DNA of 40,476 nt from a virus (taxonomy: Duplodnaviria; Caudoviricetes): positions 1-40,476 of the IMG/VR virus record IMGVR_UViG_3300016471_000324. One strand, written 5' to 3'. Shown here one piece after another: positions 25,999 through 32,013 of this stretch. Below the pieces are notes generated by a model. The model was not told the origin of the DNA. It saw only the letters and a program-made list of their open reading frames with translations, and did not search any database. Every line of letters starts with the position of its first letter. Position 1 is the first letter of the stretch. The translations under genes were made by a program, and so were the position numbers.

Positions 25999-26384
25999 TC
26001 CGTATTGCCATAGAGCACGGCCTGAAAGACCATGATCCGATCCGGCTTTTCCATGAGGTTGAGCCGAGTGCAGATGCGCGTCGCGATCTTGTGCAGCCGC
26101 ACGAAATCGCGGTTCTTCGTCACGATCAGGTTGTCGCTGCCGCGCCGGAACGACGTGAAGGTATTAGCGCAGACGTTCTGATAATGCTCCGTCGCGCCTT
26201 CCCACTGCCACCCCTCTTCGTCGAGATAGGTGAGCAGCTTCGACAGGTGATCGTCCGTAGCGACGAAGACGAGATAGTCCGTGTCGGTATCGACCGGCGC
26301 GGGATTACACGTCACGCGGCTCCCGCACGGCGTCACTTCAGCGCCATACCATAGCTCCAACTTCTCGATATCCTGCGGCGTCAT
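25986..26384 (-). CDS. Minimal nucleotidyltransferase-like protein (pol-beta superfamily)
   Basis: CGSRVTCNPAPVDTDTDYLV fits hG[GS]-x(9-13)-DxD. Confidence 0.6.
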   Translation of the reverse strand: MTPQDIEKLELWYGAEVTPCGSRVTCNPAPVDTDTDYLVFVATDDHLSKLLTYLDEEGWQWEGATEHYQNVCANTFTSFRRGSDNLIVTKNRDFVRLHKIATRICTRLNLMEKPDRIMVFQAVLYGNTEWGL

Positions 26385-26386
26385 CG

Positions 26387-27136
26387 TCAATGCTCCAGAA
26401 AGGCGACGTTCTTGGTGGTGCTCCAGCACGCCGCGCACGTCGCGCAGCAGCGCGTCTTGCCTGTCTGCTCGGGGCACACGAAGGCGTCGGACGGGCAGCC
26501 GGCTTCGGCTTTGATCGAGCGCGTCGCCATGCGCGGCGAGGTGCTATTGCTGTTGCGGATCATCCACCGCCGGTCGAACTCGATCTCGCCGAGCATGAGG
26601 CGCTGGCCGATAGTGCCCGGCCAATCGTGCGCCGTGTAGCCGAAGATCGCGAGGCGCGGATGCTTGCGAAGCTGATCGCGCCAGAAGTCGACATAGCCGA
26701 CGCTGTAGAAGTCGCCGAGCGCGTGGAGCCGGATCAGCAGCATCTCGATCTCGGCTTCGAGCGCGGGCAGGAACGCAGGGTCGGTGTGGTCGATCCGCTT
26801 GTTCATATGGAGCGCATTGCCGTAGCAGTCGCGCCAATGAAAACAGGATCGCGGGCAGGTAGCGCGCTCTTCGAGCGAAAGAGTGTAAATCCAATAGCCC
26901 TTCAGCTTCCCTTTGCGGACGTCTCGGCCGAGCTTCATGTTGTTGTGCCCGCTCACCAGCAGGTTGCCCGCGTGAGCTATGCGCAGCACTCGGCCCTTGA
27001 ACCGCGTTCCGGTAGCGTCTGCGGGCATGGGCGCAGCCTTGCGCTCCGACTTGTGGAAGCCATCGGTTTTGACGAACCGCGTCAGCGTTGCGTCGTCACC
27101 CTGCGCGGCCGAAGCCTTACGCCTGTTCGCTAGCAT
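26387..27136 (-). CDS. Gp88-like Cys-rich (radical-SAM-like / Fe-S) protein
   Basis: TCPRSCFHWRDCYG, RLHALGDF, IFGYT and C-terminal CPEQ...CATCAACW; AACGGAGA RBS. Confidence 0.7.
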   Translation of the reverse strand: MLANRRKASAAQGDDATLTRFVKTDGFHKSERKAAPMPADATGTRFKGRVLRIAHAGNLLVSGHNNMKLGRDVRKGKLKGYWIYTLSLEERATCPRSCFHWRDCYGNALHMNKRIDHTDPAFLPALEAEIEMLLIRLHALGDFYSVGYVDFWRDQLRKHPRLAIFGYTAHDWPGTIGQRLMLGEIEFDRRWMIRNSNSTSPRMATRSIKAEAGCPSDAFVCPEQTGKTRCCATCAACWSTTKNVAFLEH

Positions 27137-27218
27137 TTCGGTTCTCCGTTGAAAAGAATCCCGAGCCCCCGCGCTCGATGTAGTCGGCGGCCCTGCGCAG
27201 GTTCGATAGCTGCTTCAC
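27117..27218 (-). pseudogene. 33-codon ORF, possible remnant of an endonuclease VII-like gene
   Basis: GTGA-coupled start; LRRAADYIER resembles the Endo VII-family terminal helix. Confidence 0.35.
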
Positions 27219-27610
27219 CAGCGAAGCCCCTTCATGCAATCGCCGAGCACTTCGGCCGCGACGACCTTGGCGATCTCGGCGTGAAGCGCCTGCATGAGTT
27301 CGATCTTGTGCCAGCCATCGGGCTTCACCTCGTCGACACTGGCCTTGGCGGTGCAGCGCTTGCCGTTGATATCGAACACGGCAGCGGCGAAGATCATGTA
27401 GTTCTGCGACGGCTCCTGCCACACCTCAAGATGACCCTTGAAGGCGTTGCCCTCCAGCTTCATCGCCGCGATCCGCTTGGCGTCGGCGGCCTGCTCCATC
27501 TCGCGCAGCAACTTCACGCTCTCGTCGGTAGGAGCGCGTTGCTCGGTGACGTTGACTTGGCGCGTGACGTATTCGGTGCGCGGGCGCGGTGTGATGTAGG
27601 TATCGAACAT
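27215..27610 (-). CDS. Hypothetical protein (131 aa)
   Basis: AACGGAGA RBS, upstream promoter, typical codon bias. Confidence 0.75.
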   Translation of the reverse strand: MFDTYITPRPRTEYVTRQVNVTEQRAPTDESVKLLREMEQAADAKRIAAMKLEGNAFKGHLEVWQEPSQNYMIFAAAVFDINGKRCTAKASVDEVKPDGWHKIELMQALHAEIAKVVAAEVLGDCMKGLRW

Positions 27611-27633
27611 GTTGCGTCTCCGTTGCTGCTGGC

Positions 27634-27664
27634 AGGACTAACCTGTTATGCCCACATACGTCAA
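27634..27664 (-). promoter_or_regulatory. Promoter with TAACAGGTTA palindrome
   Basis: TTGACG-N17-TTAGTC; palindrome at 27639-27648. Confidence 0.65.
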
Positions 27665-27727
27665 GAGCCGCCGCGCAGATTTTTGCGCAGCGGCTCTCGA
27701 AGCGCCATGATTGCGAGGGGTAGCGGG

Positions 27728-27910
27728 CTAGTCGACTTCGCCGTTCAGTTTGTCGGCCAAGCGTTTCGCCGCCTCGAATGACGCGAACCGAAGTGCGCGG
27801 CCCCTTTTATCCTCGTGCCACTCTCTGCCCGCGAAGCGCGACACGCCCCATCTGTATTTGCTGGCACCGTGGCTGCTCGGATACCACGTCGGGTCGGTGT
27901 AGGCGTCCAT
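27728..27910 (-). CDS. Hypothetical protein (60 aa)
   Basis: TGATG coupling; GGAGGTG RBS; MDAYTDPTW...LNGEVD. Confidence 0.65.
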   Translation of the reverse strand: MDAYTDPTWYPSSHGASKYRWGVSRFAGREWHEDKRGRALRFASFEAAKRLADKLNGEVD

Positions 27911-28614
27911 CAGTCCACCTCCCCGATCGCGGCGAGCATGTCGCGTTGCAGTTGGGCGAGCAGGATCATGCGCTCGCCGATATCGTCGGCCAGGTGCCGG
28001 ATCGTCTCGGGCTCCAGCTTCTCGGGCAGTTGGCCGCGCGCATAGGCTTGGATCGTGGCGCGGCTCTTGCCCGTCATGGCTGCAAGCTCGCGGTCGGCCG
28101 TGCCCGTCAGTTCCTTGTAGCGGCCGATGAACGTGGCCTCGGGGTCGCGCATGGCCTTGGCCTGCCGCTGCCGGTGCGCCTCTGCGTAGCTCACGGGCTT
28201 TTTCCGCCTCGCGGGGGCCGGTTTTTCGGCCACGCCGCCTGCGGCGTCGCCACTGCGTGCTGGTGCGTTTTCCGGCTCCGAAGGTGGTGCAGGGGCCTCC
28301 AAGGGCTCTTCGCGCTCCACGGGGCTTGTAGCGGGGCTCTGGCGATATGCGCCGCAATCCATGCAACGGCCGTTGCCCGCGATACGGGGTGCGGCGCACG
28401 GCTTTTCGAGCCTGCACCCTTCGTCGCCCGGCCCCATGATTGCGACGGGTGCCGGTGCGCCTTCAAGCGCAAGCTCGATCGCGATTGCGACGTCCAAGGG
28501 GTCGTCGCTGCCGAGCAGGGCGGCCGCTTCGGCCTCCTGCTCTTCGCGGGTGGACGTGGCGAATGTGGGGTCGTCGCGCAGACAGATCGCGACGGCTTCA
28601 GGTGTCATCGCCAT
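27910..28614 (-). CDS. Putative transcription regulator with C-terminal XRE-type HTH and Cys cluster
   Basis: DRELAAMTGKSRATIQAYARG HTH; C..C...CMDC; GGAGG RBS before ATG 28614. Confidence 0.65.
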   Translation of the reverse strand: MAMTPEAVAICLRDDPTFATSTREEQEAEAAALLGSDDPLDVAIAIELALEGAPAPVAIMGPGDEGCRLEKPCAAPRIAGNGRCMDCGAYRQSPATSPVEREEPLEAPAPPSEPENAPARSGDAAGGVAEKPAPARRKKPVSYAEAHRQRQAKAMRDPEATFIGRYKELTGTADRELAAMTGKSRATIQAYARGQLPEKLEPETIRHLADDIGERMILLAQLQRDMLAAIGEVD

Positions 28615-28762
28615 CGTTTCGTTCCTCCAGTAGTGCGATGAAACGCGGCCAGGCGGCACGCAGATCGCGGTAAAGGCTCCAGCCAGCGAAAAGGCCGGCG
28701 GTCGCCATGATTGCGCGTGCGGCGAGGTCAATGGCCTCGCGGTGCTCCAGAGCCCAAGACAT
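28598..28762 (-). CDS. Small membrane protein (54 aa)
   Basis: TAATG coupling; hydrophobic AIMATAGLFAGWSLY. Confidence 0.55.
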   Translation of the reverse strand: MSWALEHREAIDLAARAIMATAGLFAGWSLYRDLRAAWPRFIALLEERNDGDDT

Positions 28763-28953
28763 TAGCCGCGCATCCTGCGGCGAATGTCGGCGATGCGCTG
28801 GTGCTCCGCCTCTTCGGCCTTCAGCCGTTCGTTGCGCTCGCGCCATGCCGCTTTCTGCGCGTCGCTGACACGCGGATTGGCAAAGCATGCGGGATTGTCG
28901 CAATCCTCGCCTGCGTGCGGATAGCCGCAATCCGGGCAAGTTTTCAGATCCAC
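28762..28953 (-). CDS. Small zinc-binding protein (63 aa)
   Basis: CPDC...CDNPAC; AACGGAGAAACGAC leader. Confidence 0.65.
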   Translation of the reverse strand: MDLKTCPDCGYPHAGEDCDNPACFANPRVSDAQKAAWRERNERLKAEEAEHQRIADIRRRMRG

Positions 28954-28996
28954 GTCGTTTCTCCGTTTCGCGGCCCCATGATTGCGGGCGCGCGTG

Positions 28997-29060
28997 GCCT
29001 AGTGCCATCATCGCCCCCTGAACGGCCGGAGCCGCGCAAGGGGTTAATGGGGCACTAGGC
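28997..29060 (-). other. Long intergenic hairpin (RNase III-like site candidate)
   Basis: GCCTAGTGCC/GGCACTAGGC 10 bp base stem plus imperfect upper stem. Confidence 0.55.
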
Positions 29061-29453
29061 GACGCGGCGAAGGTTGCAGAACATGCCCGCGCCTTCGCCA
29101 AAACCCTTATAGCGCGCTCCGGCGATGGTCGTTTCGATCCGCACGCGCCGCTTTCCGCCGGCCGTGCGATAGTGCTCGACACGCGCGGAGCCGAGATTGT
29201 CGCCGGGCCAGGTGGTAACGGCCGTGCAATCGCTGTTGAGGTAGGCATAGAGGCGCGCGGGCTTGTCGCGGAAAATCTCGAAGCGCTCGACACGGCCGCG
29301 CATGGCATTATCGCACGCGGCATAGTCAGTGTGCGCGGCCGCTTCCTTCGGAATGACAATCCAGCCGTTTTTCTGGCGAAATTGCTCCGCATAGGCCGCA
29401 GCCTTATCGCAGATAGTGCGCTCGCGCTCATAGTCGGTTTGCGTATACGTCAT
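29055..29453 (-). CDS. Hypothetical early protein (132 aa)
   Basis: GCGGAGAAACGACC-ATG leader identical to that of 29525..29812. Confidence 0.75.
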   Translation of the reverse strand: MTYTQTDYERERTICDKAAAYAEQFRQKNGWIVIPKEAAAHTDYAACDNAMRGRVERFEIFRDKPARLYAYLNSDCTAVTTWPGDNLGSARVEHYRTAGGKRRVRIETTIAGARYKGFGEGAGMFCNLRRVA

Positions 29454-29475
29454 GGTCGTTTCTCCGCTAGTGGCT

Positions 29476-29528
29476 CTAGTGCCAATGCCGCGCCCGGCCG
29501 CGAAGGCCAGGCGCGGTGAGGGCATTAG
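29476..29528 (-). other. Long intergenic hairpin (RNase III-like site candidate)
   Basis: CTAGTGCC/GGCATTAG base, CCGCGCC/GGCGCGG and GGCC/GGCC upper stems. Confidence 0.55.
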
Positions 29529-29812
29529 GCGGCGCGTTGGATACCGAAGCCGGTTTTGGTGCACCAAATCCTGAACGTGTGGCCTACAGGCGAAACGAAA
29601 GTCTTGCCGCGGCCCTTCTGCCAATAATCCGTCGCGCCTAGGGTGAGGCCCTTTTCTTGGACGTAATATCCGAACTCAAAGGCGAGATGCAGCGGCGAAC
29701 CCCAAGGGTGGGGGTTGACGTATTGGCAGCGCCCGTAGGCGAGGCTCACCCTCTCGCCTTCGCGGTATCCGGCCTCAAGAGCCGCGCGCTCTGCAGGTTT
29801 CATATGTGCCAT
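29525..29812 (-). CDS. Early protein with Rmf/CrpP-like N-terminal motif (95 aa)
   Basis: AGYREG...NPHPWGSPLHLAFEFGY; strong RBS and promoter. Confidence 0.65.
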   Translation of the reverse strand: MAHMKPAERAALEAGYREGERVSLAYGRCQYVNPHPWGSPLHLAFEFGYYVQEKGLTLGATDYWQKGRGKTFVSPVGHTFRIWCTKTGFGIQRAA

Positions 29813-29860
29813 GGTCGTTTCTCCGCTGCGTCACCGCGCCAAATCGCGGCTCACTCCCGC

Positions 29861-29889
29861 TATATGGCAATTTTGCTAGAAGCCGTCAA
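29861..29889 (-). promoter_or_regulatory. Sigma70-like early promoter
   Basis: TTGACG-N17-CATATA. Confidence 0.6.
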
Positions 29890-29908
29890 GCCCTTATGGC
29901 AAAAAAAG

Positions 29909-30301
29909 CTAGAACAAGCTCGCAGGGTTGACTTCGCCGGGCGCAAACTCACCTATGCCGTAAAGGGTGTAACGGTGACGCGGGCCTTTGGGGAAGCTCT
30001 GCCAAGCGCGCGGACGTGCTTTGCGGCAATCGGGGCAACGGCGCATGAAGCCCTTGAAGCTCGCGCCGGTGACTTGTTCAAACTCGCAGCTGCATTCGCT
30101 GCATTCGCTCTGCCAGGTAAGAAGCGTTCCGGCGCTGCCATCGCGGCGCGTGTGATCCTCGAAGTCAATGAGCTTGTGAGTGCAGACGTGCACACGTTCG
30201 CGGCAACGGCCCGTCGCGGCTTTGCGGTCGACGACCAGTCGCGAGCCTATTTCGGGCGTATCATCGCCGGTGAAGTCGAGATAAGGCATTATTCGGGGCA
30301 T
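29909..30301 (-). CDS. Zinc-ribbon protein ending VNPASLF (130 aa)
   Basis: CSEC...CPDC; GAGGAG RBS before ATG 30301. Confidence 0.75.
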   Translation of the reverse strand: MPRIMPYLDFTGDDTPEIGSRLVVDRKAATGRCRERVHVCTHKLIDFEDHTRRDGSAGTLLTWQSECSECSCEFEQVTGASFKGFMRRCPDCRKARPRAWQSFPKGPRHRYTLYGIGEFAPGEVNPASLF

Positions 30302-30772
30302 GGGTGTTTCTCCTCTATATGAAACCGCGCATCCGTAGCGCAAAAGTGTTCCGTTTCATAGCATATATTCTATTCCATAGCCGGGGGGTTACTACCACCC
30401 CGTCTCGGCTTGCGCCGCCCTTCCGGGCGTCGCGCCTCTACGGCCCCGGCGTCGCTATGGCAGGTAGTAGGTGGTAAGGGGTGGTATTTAGGGGCCTACC
30501 TTACACTTTTGCTATAGGGTTTTTGCCCCGTTCACGTCACTGCGAGACGCTTTCAGGCCTCTAATCCGCCCCGGTTCTGTGGGCTTTGCGGCTTTCAGGT
30601 GCCCGATTCCCAAGGCGTTCGCCATGGCCGATTATCCGTTACGGTTCAAAGGCTTAAGGGTGAGTTGCACCTCTTTTCTAAACCCCGTTGCGCCCGCTTC
30701 GGCTATGGGGGATAGTTCCCTAGCGCCTTATCGGCCCGGCCTCTAATCGCCGAAAATCGGGGAAAATTCAAA
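30302..30772. other. Divergent non-coding control region (candidate origin / pac / genome end)
   Basis: Largest ORF-free gap; lower GC; inverted repeats; separates the two transcription directions. Confidence 0.55.
30688..30716 (+). promoter_or_regulatory. Putative promoter for TerS
   Basis: TTGCGC-N17-GATAGT. Confidence 0.4.
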
Positions 30773-31459
30773 ATGTCTGGCAAAAGTGCAACTTATCGCG
30801 ACCCGTTCAAGCCCGCAACGCCGCAACGCCGCAAAACCGGCTCTCGCGCCAAGCTCGCAAAGCGTTTCTTCGAAGACGTCTACGCCGCTTGGGAAGAGCA
30901 GGGGGAAAGCGTCATAGCCCGCGCGTTCTTTCACGATCCCGTCGCCTCTATGCAAATGGTTGCGCGCCTCATGCCGCAAAAGATTGAAATCAGCACGCCC
31001 ACTGACGGTATGTCCGATGAACGCCTAGCCGAAATGCTAGAATATGCGGAACGGATGGCAGGGCTCAAAGCCGAACAAGCGCGCGTCATTCAAGCCGATG
31101 CGCCTGGCCTTGCTGAAAGCGCCGCGCGTGCCCTGCCCTCTCCGCCACAGGCTTTGCAGCCTGCCCCGCTTCGCTCGCACAAGCTCACCGACGAAAACGC
31201 CGATCTGCCCGATGCGCCCGAGAGGGGGGCGGGGGGCCGCTGCGGCGAAATGGGTGTCGGGGGAGAAAATACCCCATCCACAATAGCGGCGGAGCGGGCC
31301 GAGACGGCCGACACGCCGGAACGGCATAACACGTTAAAACAAGCAATCCTGCCATATCCGGTAGGTCGCCCCTTCGCCGAACCGGATCATAGCGTTTCTG
31401 CCAGAAACCGCGCCGCGCTCCAGCAGATTGATCCTGTTGACCCCGCGTCTCTGTTCTGA
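30773..31459 (+). CDS. terS: Putative terminase small subunit with long disordered tail ending VDPASLF
   Basis: GSRAKLAKRFFEDVYAAWEEQG...DP...VARLMPQ helical domain; first gene of the packaging arm. Confidence 0.6.
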   Translation: MSGKSATYRDPFKPATPQRRKTGSRAKLAKRFFEDVYAAWEEQGESVIARAFFHDPVASMQMVARLMPQKIEISTPTDGMSDERLAEMLEYAERMAGLKAEQARVIQADAPGLAESAARALPSPPQALQPAPLRSHKLTDENADLPDAPERGAGGRCGEMGVGGENTPSTIAAERAETADTPERHNTLKQAILPYPVGRPFAEPDHSVSARNRAALQQIDPVDPASLF

Positions 31460-31523
31460 AAGAATAGGCCGCGTCGCTTCGGCAACTCGTTCGCCGATCC
31501 GGCATCCTCTCCCAAACTCACCA

Positions 31524-31555
31524 GCCGGGGCGCGTCTTGCACCCCGGCGTTTTTT
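31524..31555 (+). terminator. Intrinsic terminator
   Basis: GCCGGGG...CCCCGGC stem followed by GTTTTTT. Confidence 0.75.
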
Positions 31556-31745
31556 CAGGCACAAGCGTGGCCGCAGCGGGGAGATTCCGGGGGAGCGCGG
31601 AGCGGTTCGGCTTCCCCGCCGCGAAGGTCAAGCTGTCCTGAAGTGTCGGCCCCGTTGCGGGTGTGTGGTCCCTTCATTGGCCGGCGAAGGCAGCGACACC
31701 GCTCACCGAGCCGCCGTCGCGTGCTCGACAGGAACGGAGAGAAGC

Positions 31746-31871
31746 ATGGGCAAAATCATGATCCTCGGAGCCTTCGTCCTCATGGCGATCTGGCTCATGT
31801 GGGCGCTGCATACCGCCCCGAGGTGCGTCTGCGGGCAGAGCGACTGCGGAGGCGGGTGTGGGCTTTGCTGA
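31746..31871 (+). CDS. Small membrane protein with Cys-rich tail (41 aa)
   Basis: AACGGAGA RBS; TM helix then CVCGQSDCGGGCGLC. Confidence 0.55.
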   Translation: MGKIMILGAFVLMAIWLMWALHTAPRCVCGQSDCGGGCGLC

Positions 31872-32013
31872 AGCAGCGCTGATCGCCGGAGCGTCCCTCT
31901 GCCTCGGCCCGGTGATCCTCGGCATCGTCGTGCGCTCGTGGGTGATCGGCTGGAGCAGGCCACGCAGTGGCGACGCCGCAGGCGACGTAGGTCAGGAGGG
32001 GCCTCTTGTCTGA
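31858..32013 (+). CDS. Small membrane protein (51 aa)
   Basis: GGAGG RBS, GTG start; MGFAEAALIAGASLCLGPVILGIVVRSW. Confidence 0.45.
   Translation: MGFAEAALIAGASLCLGPVILGIVVRSWVIGWSRPRSGDAAGDVGQEGPLV

Larger units (their letters stand above)
27705..28986 (-). repeat. Four co-oriented copies of the 11-mer CGCAATCATGG
   Basis: Plus-strand CCATGATTGCG at 27705, 28434, 28705 and 28976. Confidence 0.85.

Noticed and set aside
27728-27925. Two adjacent proteins both end in GEVD
   Set aside because: One copy is dictated by the overlapping GGAGGTG RBS of the next gene; four residues are too weak to call a motif
21828-29812. Several proteins ending in AA or VA as ClpXP degrons
   Set aside because: Proteome is Ala-rich and some endings overlap RBS or hairpin sequence; not distinguishable from chance by eye
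31560-31640. tRNA gene suggested by GGTTCG
   Set aside because: No cloverleaf, acceptor stem or anticodon arm could be built
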